24,575 nucleotides of DNA, taken from positions 1 to 24,575 of IMG/VR virus record IMGVR_UViG_3300037465_000599; one strand, written 5' to 3'. Positions within the stretch are counted from its first letter, which is position 1, and each line of letters starts with the position of its first letter. This document shows, one piece after another, positions 1 to 7,634 of this stretch. The stretch is from a virus (taxonomy: Duplodnaviria; Caudoviricetes). A program made the position numbers and the translations under genes. The notes under the pieces are model-generated. The model searched no databases. It saw nothing but the letters and a program-made list of their open reading frames with translations, and had not been told where the DNA came from.

Positions 1-639
1 GGGCTTGGGGATGACCTTGCCACTGATGTCAATGCAGCGGGACTTCGTCACGGTCGCGTTGTTGCGCAGGTCCATGTCGAGGATGACGTCGAACTCGTAC
101 TCCATGCCGTCGCGCTGGACGGGCGCCATGCCGAGCTTCTCCACGCGCGTTTGCTTTGTGCCCTTGCTGTCGTCGATCGTGATGGCGTACTCGGTCTTCG
201 AGCGCATCGTCACGATCACGTGGCCGGGAAACGAGAGGATCGCATCGACGAGCGACTGCTGAAGCGGCGTAAGCGTCTTCCACGCTTGGAACTTGCCGCC
301 GCGTGCATCAGCCTCTTCGAGGATGCCCCCCTTGCCCGCCCAGGCGTGCGAGAGCGAATCGATCACGAGGATCGCGTACGCGCCTTCTGCTGCTTCGCGA
401 ATGCCGGCGATGTACTGCTGCACGGAGAAGTGCTCGAGCTCGAGGACATCGAAGCTCGCAACGTCGCCCGCGTACTTGCTGGCGCTGCCTCGCTCGGTGT
501 CGATGACCGCGATGCCGTTCGGCGAAGCCGCGAGGTGCTTGGCCAAGGTCAGCGCGGTGTAGGTCTTGCCGCTGCCAGACGGACCGGTGATCGCAAGGCG
601 CAGCTTCTGTTCGCGTTTGGTGGCTTTTCGGAATGACAT
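1..639 (-). CDS. Phage AAA-family ATPase (AAA_24 / Sak4-like), 3' end runs off the window
   Basis: Not in the ORF track (no stop in window). Manual translation from ATG at 639: MSFRKATKREQKLRLAITGPSGSGKTYTAL (Walker A), IAVIDTERGS, ILVIDSLSHAW (Walker B), GMEYEFD. AGGAG RBS upstream. Confidence 0.85.
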   Translation of the reverse strand, partial: MSFRKATKREQKLRLAITGPSGSGKTYTALTLAKHLAASPNGIAVIDTERGSASKYAGDVASFDVLELEHFSVQQYIAGIREAAEGAYAILVIDSLSHAWAGKGGILEEADARGGKFQAWKTLTPLQQSLVDAILSFPGHVIVTMRSKTEYAITIDDSKGTKQTRVEKLGMAPVQRDGMEYEFDVILDMDLRNNATVTKSRCIDISGKVIPKP

Positions 640-649
640 CTCGTTCTCC

Positions 650-1126
650 TCACTTGATCAGCAGCCGACGCCCACGTTCGATGCTCGTGCCGGGCACGCA
701 CTCGCCGCCCTCTTTCCAGGCGCGCAGGATGGCGGCCTTGTTGACCTCGACGCTCGTGCGCGTGAACTCGAGCGGGACGCTCGCCACGTCTTCGACCTCG
801 ACCCGCTCAGGCGCATCGCACACGGTGACCGAGAAGGCCGCGCAGCGGATGGTCTCGATACCAGCCATGTCCATGTTCGTGCGCAGGTAGTCGCGCGGCC
901 GTTCGCGATTGCGCTCGATCGAACGACGTCGCGTGGCCAAGCGCTTCTCTTCGGCCGTCAGCGTGGCGATGTCGGAGCTGAGGTTGCTGAGCACCGCGGC
1001 GATGTGTTTTGCCTTGATCTCGATCGCGTCGTTCACCTGCGCGAGCGCTTCGCCAACGTCGTGGCCGTCTTCCGCCGCCTCCTGCAGCCCTGCGTAGGCC
1101 CCTGCCAAATCGTACAAACGCGCCAT
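650..1126 (-). CDS. Siphovirus Gp157-family protein
   Basis: Pattern RLYDLAGAY..IEIKAKHIAAV..EEKRLATRRRSIE..DYL..VNKAAI..GECVPGTSI; 158 aa; next to the AAA ATPase as usual; GGAGG RBS. Confidence 0.85.
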   Translation of the reverse strand: MARLYDLAGAYAGLQEAAEDGHDVGEALAQVNDAIEIKAKHIAAVLSNLSSDIATLTAEEKRLATRRRSIERNRERPRDYLRTNMDMAGIETIRCAAFSVTVCDAPERVEVEDVASVPLEFTRTSVEVNKAAILRAWKEGGECVPGTSIERGRRLLIK

Positions 1127-1309
1127 CTGTCCTGTACCTCCAGGGACGGCTTCGCAGGTTCAGCGCTGGCCTTGGGATGGGCCGCTCCTGCCAGGTCCGC
1201 CGACCCCGTGGATATAGCCTGAAGGCCAAATGACGCCAGCAAATTGTGAGGCCCGAAGTCCTTGATACTGAACACAACGACAGATTCTTCAGTGCCTGCC
1301 ACTGGATGG

Positions 1310-1323
1310 CGGACACTAGTCTG
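1310..1323. promoter_or_regulatory. Putative repressor operator upstream of the leftward early operon (CGGACA-CT-AGTCTG)
   Basis: 14-bp imperfect palindrome resembling the two sites at 2775-2802 in the cI/cro intergenic region. Confidence 0.5.
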
Positions 1324-1385
1324 CGTGTCATTCGCTCACCCGAGCGGCCACTGGGGCAGATCTCAAGGGGGGATGGCGGCGGAGA

Positions 1386-2063
1386 TCAGGGCGTGATGGC
1401 GTGGCGATGGAGCTGGTCGTGCTCGATCACGGTCACCACGCGGCGGAAGGCGTTGCTGTCCACGGCGACCGCATACGCGCGCTCATCCACCTGGAAGCGC
1501 TTGAGGGCGCGGTCGTCGAACAGGCGCTCAGCGAGGTGGCGCTCGAGGGCGGAGGGACGCGAGTAGCGGCGCGCTGGCGAGCGGAGCACGTGGCTCGCCT
1601 CGCCTTCGTCCCAGACGCTGGCGCACACGCCCTCCCGCAGGCTCAGGAATCGGCGCAGCATCACTTCGACGCTGAGGTGCGGACACCACGCTGCGTGATG
1701 CGCCATGATTTCCCAGTTGGCCTCAAAACCAGGCCTGACATGGGGTTCTGGCAGCAGCACGCCCATGGCCACATACGAGACCTCGCGCTCCTTCGCGCGC
1801 GGCAAGAGCCAGTGCATCAGCTCGTGGGCGGCCGCGAAGTAGCGCTGCGGCTGGCTGAGGGCTGGGTCGAGGTAGATCACCCGCTCGGAGCGCATGAGGA
1901 AGGCGCCGAGCTTGGGGTAGGAGCGGCGCGCGAGCAGCAGGCGGAGCTTGTGGCGGGCGATGAGCTTGTAGGGGTCGATCGGGGGCTTGGGACAGCCGAA
2001 AGAATGCCAAATCTGCGAGGCCGTGCGCTCCCACGCGTCCTCGACCGCTTCTCGCTTCGTCAC
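1386..2063 (-). CDS. ImmA/IrrE-family zinc metallopeptidase
   Basis: PPIDP N-terminal motif, QRYFAAAHELMH (HEXXH), REVSYVAMGVLLP, C-terminal extension; GTG start with GGAGG RBS; directly downstream of an XRE repressor. Confidence 0.88.
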   Translation of the reverse strand: MTKREAVEDAWERTASQIWHSFGCPKPPIDPYKLIARHKLRLLLARRSYPKLGAFLMRSERVIYLDPALSQPQRYFAAAHELMHWLLPRAKEREVSYVAMGVLLPEPHVRPGFEANWEIMAHHAAWCPHLSVEVMLRRFLSLREGVCASVWDEGEASHVLRSPARRYSRPSALERHLAERLFDDRALKRFQVDERAYAVAVDSNAFRRVVTVIEHDQLHRHAITP

Positions 2064-2136
2064 CCGGAAACCTCCCAGGACTGGGGCAGGGGACTGTACA
2101 AGCGATCACTCCGCGGGGCGAGAGGCAGGGGTGATA

Positions 2137-2685
2137 CTAACCCCGGCTTTGTGCTCGGCTGGCCGCGGGCTTGAATGAGAAATGGCCGTCGTCTTCGGGC
2201 GTGATGTCGTCCGCGTCGAGCGCTTCCGCGATGTCTTTGCCGCCACGGTGATCGAGCTTGGCCATCGCAATGTGTCGGTAGAACGAGGCACTTCCTGGAG
2301 CGCCCGAGCGAAACCGGATGCCGCGAATCTCCTCGAGCTCGTCGGGCGAGAAGAGCTTCACGATGTTGGCGTCGGTGCGCAGGAACTCCTCCCACGCGCC
2401 CTCGGCGGCGGCTTCGTAGCCGGGGCTCGGGCTGGGAGAGACGCCGCGCCGGGGCGTCGTCTCGTCACCGTTCATCAGCCACTCGACCGTGGTCCCGAGG
2501 GCGGTCGCGATGGCCTGCAGGTTCTCACCGGAGGGCACTTTCTTGCCCTTTTCCCAGTTGATGACGGTCGTGTAGTTCACGTCGAGGAAGCGGGAGAACT
2601 GGTTGCGGTTGTACCCAGCCTTGATGTAGCCGGCGCGAATGCGCTCGCCGACCGCCGCGTTCTTCGGGTTGGGGTTGGTTGCCAT
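2137..2685 (-). CDS. CI-like XRE-family HTH repressor (no LexA/S24 peptidase domain)
   Basis: VGERIRAGYIKAGYNRNQFSRFLDVNYTTVINWEKGKKVPSGENLQAIATALGTTVEWLMNG is a canonical XRE HTH. Start moved to ATG 2685 (GGGAG RBS) from 2868 in the track. Confidence 0.9.
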   Translation of the reverse strand: MATNPNPKNAAVGERIRAGYIKAGYNRNQFSRFLDVNYTTVINWEKGKKVPSGENLQAIATALGTTVEWLMNGDETTPRRGVSPSPSPGYEAAAEGAWEEFLRTDANIVKLFSPDELEEIRGIRFRSGAPGSASFYRHIAMAKLDHRGGKDIAEALDADDITPEDDGHFSFKPAASRAQSRG

Positions 2686-2706
2686 GCTGGGGCTCCCGTC
2701 TGAGGG

Positions 2707-2722
2707 GCACAGAGGTCTGTGC
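2707..2722. promoter_or_regulatory. Perfect inverted repeat GCACAGA-GG-TCTGTGC upstream of the repressor start
   Basis: 7-bp arms read directly; sits in the cI/cro intergenic region. Confidence 0.45.
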
Positions 2723-2770
2723 AATGTAGTTCGCAGACCATAGGTAGCGCGCCATGGGCAAGAAGTCCAC

Positions 2771-2802
2771 TTGACGGGCATGTGCCCGAAGACAATAGTC
2801 CG
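2771..2802 (+). promoter_or_regulatory. Putative rightward lytic promoter (TTGACG-N17-AATAGT) overlapped by two tandem operator-like palindromes
   Basis: -35 TTGACG 2771-2776, -10-like AATAGT 2794-2799; CGGGCA-TG-TGCCCG 2775-2788 and AAGACA-AT-AGTCCG 2789-2802. Confidence 0.6.
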
Positions 2803-2805
2803 TCC

Positions 2806-3024
2806 ATGCACCTCGACGATTACATCGCCCGACACGGCCACGGCACCAAAGCACGCCTGTCGCGGCAAACGGGCCTCGACTACACGACCATCTTCAAAGC
2901 GGCGCAGCGTCGCCCAGTCAGGCGCTACGACACGGCGCGACGAATCTCCGAAGCCACCGACGGCGAGGTCTCTATCGCCGAGCTCTGTGAGCCGAGCCCG
3001 CGACAGACGGGAGGGCAGCTGTGA
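2806..3024 (+). CDS. Cro-like HTH transcriptional regulator
   Basis: 72 aa MHLDDYIARHGHGTKARLSRQTGLDYTTIFKAAQRR..TARRISEATDGEVSIAEL, Cro/YdaS-like; divergent from the repressor. Confidence 0.85.
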   Translation: MHLDDYIARHGHGTKARLSRQTGLDYTTIFKAAQRRPVRRYDTARRISEATDGEVSIAELCEPSPRQTGGQL

Positions 3025-3359
3025 CCGCCGCCGCCAAGCCTCGATGGTCGCTCCTCCCCTGGGGAGCGCTCGGTGATGTCCTGGGTGCGTTTGAGTTCGG
3101 CGCTCGCAAGTACGCCGTGGGCGACTGGGTGCACCACACCGCCGACTCGCACATCGATGGCGCGCTTCGCCACCTCACGTCCTGGATGCAGCGCGACGTA
3201 CGCGACCCCGAGACGGGCCTGTCGCATCTCGCCCATGCCGCCGCTCGCGTGCTGATGGCGCTGGCTGTGGAGGCCCTGCCCTGCGCCGACACGCCCGACG
3301 CTTCGCACGACCAGGACTTCAGCACGGCATGGCAGCCGATCCGACAGCGGGTGCCCTGA
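3021..3359 (+). CDS. dATP/dGTP diphosphohydrolase N-terminal-like (DUF5664) protein
   Basis: KPRWSLLP..FGARKY..DW..ALRHL..DPETGLSHLAHAA signature; GTGA overlap with cro. Confidence 0.82.
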   Translation: MTAAAKPRWSLLPWGALGDVLGAFEFGARKYAVGDWVHHTADSHIDGALRHLTSWMQRDVRDPETGLSHLAHAAARVLMALAVEALPCADTPDASHDQDFSTAWQPIRQRVP

Positions 3360-3401
3360 GCGCCTTCGAGCACGCACTTCCCCCCGAAAGACAGCGAGGA
3401 C

Positions 3402-3671
3402 ATGGACATGGACGAAGTGATTCGGCACGCGCTCGGAGACGAACGCGACGCCGCGATGGTGACCTATTCCGTCGTGCGCAATGAGGAGCAGGCCTGCGAG
3501 GCCGCCACGTCAGCACTCGACTGGCTGCGCCAGCTCGCCTGCTGCGGTCTCGACCACGAGGGCGAGCATGCGCTTTGCGCTGCCCTGACCGAGCTGAACG
3601 CGCTGCACAAGTGGCTGCGCGAGCAGAACGCAACCGGCGCCGGCAGCCTCGGAGCTCGCCATGCACGATGA
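3402..3671 (+). CDS. Hypothetical phage protein
   Basis: GAGGA RBS, GC3-rich codons, overlaps the next gene. Confidence 0.65.
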   Translation: MDMDEVIRHALGDERDAAMVTYSVVRNEEQACEAATSALDWLRQLACCGLDHEGEHALCAALTELNALHKWLREQNATGAGSLGARHAR

Positions 3672-4032
3672 AGGGCAAGCCGCGCAGCTCGAACGCGTGG
3701 GCGCGCGTATCGGCCACTGGGTGCACGAGTGGTGTCGGCTTCGTAGCCCGCCGCCTCAAGGAGACGGACGCACCTTCACGGCCGACCAGCTGCTTGCCTA
3801 CGTGCAGGTACAGCTGTCGCTCGATGGGGAGCGCGCCACCATCAGGCCCGACTCGCCCGACCGCACCATGCGCGACCTGCGCCAGCGCGGCGTGATCGAC
3901 GTCGAGAACACGAGCCGGCTCGCTGGGACCTACCGCGTCTTGGCCGTGCGCCCGTTCGGGTACCGGCGGCCTGTGGAGCGCGTGAAGGCCGCACAGATGA
4001 GTTTCGTGAGCCTGGGAAAGCGAGGGATGTGA
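3661..4032 (+). CDS. Hypothetical phage protein, possible winged-helix DNA-binding fold
   Basis: FTADQLLAYV..PDSPDRTMRDLRQRGVIDVENTSRLAGTYRV looks like helix-turn-helix plus wing; operon packing. Confidence 0.6.
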   Translation: MHDEGQAAQLERVGARIGHWVHEWCRLRSPPPQGDGRTFTADQLLAYVQVQLSLDGERATIRPDSPDRTMRDLRQRGVIDVENTSRLAGTYRVLAVRPFGYRRPVERVKAAQMSFVSLGKRGM

Positions 4033-4922
4033 TGCGCGGCCGCATTCGTAGCGTCAAGCCAGAGGTTCACACCGACGAGGAGCTGTGGGATCTCGAAGAC
4101 GAAACAGGACTGCCCCTGTTCCGCGCCTTCGTAGGGCTGTGGAACTACTGCGACCGCGAGGGCCGCTTCGAGTGGCGCACGCGAGCGCTCAAGGCCGTCA
4201 TCCTGCCGTACTGGGATGGCGACATGGGCGCGGTGCTCGACGCGCTTGCACAGGGAAGCTTCATCATTCGGTACGAGATAGACGGGCGCGTGTACGGCCA
4301 AGTTCGCACGTTCGCTGACCATCAGAGCCCCAACCACAAGGAACCACCCAGCCGGATTCCAGCACCGGCCCACGGGTTTCCATCCGCGAAATCACGCGTG
4401 TGTGACGCGTCCCGGGAAAGCCCGGGAAAGCCTGGGACGGGTGAAAGCACGGGTGACGGGCCGACCTCGGACGCGTCCGATGAAGGCCCAGTTCCGCCCG
4501 GGGAAGGCCCTGTACTTCTGGGAAGGGAACGGAACGGAACGGAACCATCCAACGGGTGTCGGGAACGGACCGGGCGAACCGTACGTCTCGGCGGAGCCTC
4601 GGGCGCACATGCGCAAGAAGTCCGAGAGGGCTGGGCTGAAGCCTACGAGCAAGCGAAGGCAGGCACACCTCCCGCGCTCAGCGGCCAGCCGTTCATCGCA
4701 GCGGTGGAGTTCGCTCTCAACGTTGCACGTACGCACCAGAAGCCTCTGCGCGAAGCAGCGAGGGCGATTGCCGCCACGACGTTGGCTTCAGAGCGCGTCG
4801 ACGATCGCGTCTGGGGGTTGAGTCGTTTCGATCCGTTCGTGCCCTCAGCGGGGCGCACAAGGGGCTCTGCGAGCAAACAGCCACAACCCGTCGATTACGG
4901 CTCCGAAGCCGATCGGATCTGA
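4032..4922 (+). CDS. Phage replication initiator / replisome organiser
   Basis: N-terminus RGRIRSVKPE..LFRAFVGLWNYCDREGRF..FIIRYEIDG..FADHQ..KEPPSRIP is typical of phage initiators; repeat-rich central linker; directly upstream of DnaB. Start GTG 4029 or ATG 4032. Confidence 0.78.
   Translation: MRGRIRSVKPEVHTDEELWDLEDETGLPLFRAFVGLWNYCDREGRFEWRTRALKAVILPYWDGDMGAVLDALAQGSFIIRYEIDGRVYGQVRTFADHQSPNHKEPPSRIPAPAHGFPSAKSRVCDASRESPGKPGTGESTGDGPTSDASDEGPVPPGEGPVLLGRERNGTEPSNGCRERTGRTVRLGGASGAHAQEVREGWAEAYEQAKAGTPPALSGQPFIAAVEFALNVARTHQKPLREAARAIAATTLASERVDDRVWGLSRFDPFVPSAGRTRGSASKQPQPVDYGSEADRI
4392..4570. repeat. Iteron-like repeat cluster, probable replication origin inside the initiator gene
   Basis: ACGCGT at 4394, 4405, 4471; CCCGGGAAAG x2 (4411-4430) plus CCTGGGACGG; GAAGGCCCWGT at 4482 and 4503; GGAAC x4 (4526-4545). 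Confidence 0.6.
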
Positions 4923-4940
4923 TCTCGCGAGGACACCGTC

Positions 4941-6188
4941 ATGACCAACGTCGATCAACAGCTAGCGCTCGAACACGCCCTCGCAGCAGAGGCCATTGCC
5001 GACTACGGCCGATACGCAGCGTATGGGATCAATGCCGAGGACTTCGAGTCCTCCAATGCTCAAGACGCCGTTCGCGCAGCCGAAGCAGCCTGGTCCGCTC
5101 ATGGAGAGCACGGCATCGAGGCGGTGTGTCGCGAGCTGCAACGACAGGGCAAGCTCCAGAAGCTCGGCGGCAATCGCGGCGTCATGGACTTCTTCCTCGC
5201 AGGCGGAGCTCCAGATGCCGATCTGTTCCGCGAGCGTGTTCGCCTTCGTCGCGTCAAAGCCAAGCTCGTTGCTGCGCTGAGCGCCACCAGCCAGGAAGAC
5301 CTGCCCGCCGTTCTCGCAGCCCTCGGAGACGCCCAGGCCGCCGCCGAGGACAAAGCGCGCGACGACGTCGTCACGGGCACCTACCTGGCGCAGAAGGCCA
5401 TCACCGACCTGACAGTCAGCCCCGAGCAAGCCGAGGCCTGCCATCCCGGCTGGGACAAGCTCGAGGAGTACATCGGGGCCTTGCCTCTTGGCAGCCTGAC
5501 TGTGATCGCCGGTAACACATCGACCGGCAAGAGCTCGTATGCCCTCGAGATGCTCATCCGCATGGCCCAGCGCGGCATCGTGTGCGGCATGGTGAGCCTG
5601 GAGGACCCCGAGGCCATCGCGGGCTCGCGCTTGTTGGCGATGGAGTCGGGCGTGCCGAGCTTCGCCATCCAGCGACGACGCCTCGACAGGCGCGACTTCC
5701 AGGCCCTCAGCAGCGCCATCGCGTACGGCAAGGAGCACTGGGATCGGCTACTCTACGCCAACTGCATCGGCGGCAACGAGCTCGAGGTGTGCGCCGCCAT
5801 GAGCCGGATGGCAGCCCGTGGCGCCAAGGCCGTCGTCGTCGACTACATCGGCAACATCGAGCCCTCACGGCGTCAGCAAGACCGGCGCAATGAGATCCGC
5901 TGGATGCTGTCGCGCCTGCGCGCTCATGCCTACCGCGTGAAGGTCGCGCTGATCGTCGTCTCGCAGCTCAAGCGCCCCGAGAACGGTAACCCCAACACGG
6001 AGCCCACCAAGCACTCCCTCAAGGAGTCTGGCGACCTCGAGAACGCTGCCGAGTGGATCATCGGTCTATGGCGCACCAAGGAGTGCGACAGCGCTCCCAT
6101 TCAGGTTCGTCTGCTCAAGGCCAAGACCGGCGGCACAGGCAACTCGTGGAAGCTCGAACGCCGCGGCTCCAGGCTGGTGGAGGTCTGA
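4941..6188 (+). CDS. DnaB-like replicative helicase
   Basis: GSLTVIAGNTSTGKSS (Walker A), VSLED, VVVDYIG, IVVSQLKR, LKESGDLENAAEWIIGLWR, KAKTG. Confidence 0.93.
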   Translation: MTNVDQQLALEHALAAEAIADYGRYAAYGINAEDFESSNAQDAVRAAEAAWSAHGEHGIEAVCRELQRQGKLQKLGGNRGVMDFFLAGGAPDADLFRERVRLRRVKAKLVAALSATSQEDLPAVLAALGDAQAAAEDKARDDVVTGTYLAQKAITDLTVSPEQAEACHPGWDKLEEYIGALPLGSLTVIAGNTSTGKSSYALEMLIRMAQRGIVCGMVSLEDPEAIAGSRLLAMESGVPSFAIQRRRLDRRDFQALSSAIAYGKEHWDRLLYANCIGGNELEVCAAMSRMAARGAKAVVVDYIGNIEPSRRQQDRRNEIRWMLSRLRAHAYRVKVALIVVSQLKRPENGNPNTEPTKHSLKESGDLENAAEWIIGLWRTKECDSAPIQVRLLKAKTGGTGNSWKLERRGSRLVEV

Positions 6189-6189
6189 C

Positions 6190-6630
6190 GTGCTCGAGAG
6201 CGCTCGACAAGACCTGGTGCGTCGCGTGCGCGCCTACGCGGTCGGGCTGTGCCGCGGGTGCCCGCTCACCCCGTCGCAGCGGCAGCAGAGGATCGACCTC
6301 GAAGTGTCGCTGATCACTGACGACGACGTCTGCAGGGTCGAGCGCGCTCTCCGCGAAAATCCACGAGGGTATGCGGCCTTGATGCAGGCTCGCGTCTCCG
6401 AGCTCGGCAAGGTCCTGCACCCCCTGGAGGTCGTGCGCTCCGAGATGAACCTGATCCTCTACGACCTGCCGCTCGCTCGAAAGAAGGTCCACGCGTGCCT
6501 GAGCTTGATCGCCCGCGCCGACGAGTTCGGTCTGCCCGAAGACTCCGTGAAGCGGATGGGGCACCTGGCCCGCATGTACGACGAGATCATCGCCGGCCTC
6601 GAGCGCTCTGGACAGGAGACGGCTGCATGA
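6190..6630 (+). CDS. Hypothetical phage protein
   Basis: GTG start 1 nt after the dnaB stop with GGAGG RBS; typical codon bias; mostly helical. Confidence 0.7.
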   Translation: MLESARQDLVRRVRAYAVGLCRGCPLTPSQRQQRIDLEVSLITDDDVCRVERALRENPRGYAALMQARVSELGKVLHPLEVVRSEMNLILYDLPLARKKVHACLSLIARADEFGLPEDSVKRMGHLARMYDEIIAGLERSGQETAA

Positions 6631-6752
6631 GGCGCGTCGAGAGCCACGACACCGCCGAAGCCTGCGGCATCGCCAAGCACATGGCGACACAGGCTCACCC
6701 GATTTTTCACGGCGCGCGAGGCGCGTCGTCGACCGAGAGAAGCGAGGAACGC

Positions 6753-7634
6753 ATGACACAGCTCATTCAGAAGCAGTTCGAAGGCAACACGATCAACACG
6801 ATTCTGTACGAGGGCCAGCCTTGCTGGGTCGCCAAGGAGGTCGGGCGAGTGCTCGGCTACGCCCAAGACGGTAGCCGCCTAGTGAAGAACATCCGAGACG
6901 ACTGGGCCTCGGACTTCATCGAGGGCACCGACTATGCGGTTCTCGGCTCGAGAGAACTCAATCAACTTCGGGAGCTTACGGCACTCGGGACGGAATCCGT
7001 ACCAAGTCGCGCAGGCTCGCTGGTCGTGCTCTTCGAGACCGGCATCCACATGGCATTGATCAAGACGAACAAGGAGGTAGGGCGTCGCCTCCGTCGCTTC
7101 CTCGTCAAGGAGGTCATGCCCCAGCTCGCGCGTGATGGTCGCTACGATCCCGACTGCGACCTCACCAGTGAGCACCTGCAGCAGAGGGACGCGAAGCTGC
7201 GCGAACTGCACCTGCGCGAGCGGGAGCTCGACCAGCGCGTCGCCGAGTACAAGCGCGAATGCTTGCTCTACCTCGTGAGCTCTCTGAAGCAACGCGATGC
7301 CATCGCGCCAGATGTCGCCGACTCCTACTTGGTCGTGGCCACCGAGGTCGGTACAGGCATGGCGCTTTCGCAGCTCAAGCCGCAGGTCGAAGAGACATGG
7401 CGCTCGCCCACAGAGATCGCCTCGCAGCTCGGCACGACGGTGCACAAGGTCGGTCGCGCCATCTCGCAGCTCGGCATCCGCGGAAACGTCGAAGGCGTGT
7501 CACGCGCCATCGTGAACAAGGCCAAGGGCCACGAGCGCACGGTCACAAGCTATATCTACGCACCATCCGCGATCGAGCGCATCGCAGACGTGCTCGACCG
7601 AGACCAGCCCCCTCGCCTCGCGAGTGGCACATGA
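6753..7634 (+). CDS. BRO-N domain protein / phage antirepressor with C-terminal HTH-like region
   Basis: FEGNTINTILYEGQPCWVAKEVGRVLGY..LFETGIHMALIKT..LRRFLVKEVMPQLARDGRY; C-terminal SPTEIASQLGTTVHKVGR. Start ATG 6753 (GAGGA RBS); an in-frame ATG at 6627 is also possible. Confidence 0.88.
   Translation: MTQLIQKQFEGNTINTILYEGQPCWVAKEVGRVLGYAQDGSRLVKNIRDDWASDFIEGTDYAVLGSRELNQLRELTALGTESVPSRAGSLVVLFETGIHMALIKTNKEVGRRLRRFLVKEVMPQLARDGRYDPDCDLTSEHLQQRDAKLRELHLRERELDQRVAEYKRECLLYLVSSLKQRDAIAPDVADSYLVVATEVGTGMALSQLKPQVEETWRSPTEIASQLGTTVHKVGRAISQLGIRGNVEGVSRAIVNKAKGHERTVTSYIYAPSAIERIADVLDRDQPPRLASGT

Noticed and set aside
1033-1302. 89-aa minus-strand ORF upstream of gp157
   Set aside because: Overlaps gp157 by about 94 nt, has no RBS and atypical codons; the region looks regulatory, though a small gene cannot be fully excluded.
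2686-2868. N-terminal extension of the repressor given by the ORF track, and similar long starts at 2719, 6495, 7259, 7960, 10359, 16651, 19535 and 22977
   Set aside because: They run through promoters or neighbouring genes; downstream starts have an RBS or stop/start coupling and match domain boundaries.
3021-3359. 2-aminoadenine (Z-base) genome modification system
   Set aside because: No PurZ, HD-family dATPase or phage DNA polymerase in the window.
4411-4545. CRISPR-like or VNTR array
   Set aside because: Units are 5-11 nt with no spacers and no cas genes; better explained as origin iterons.
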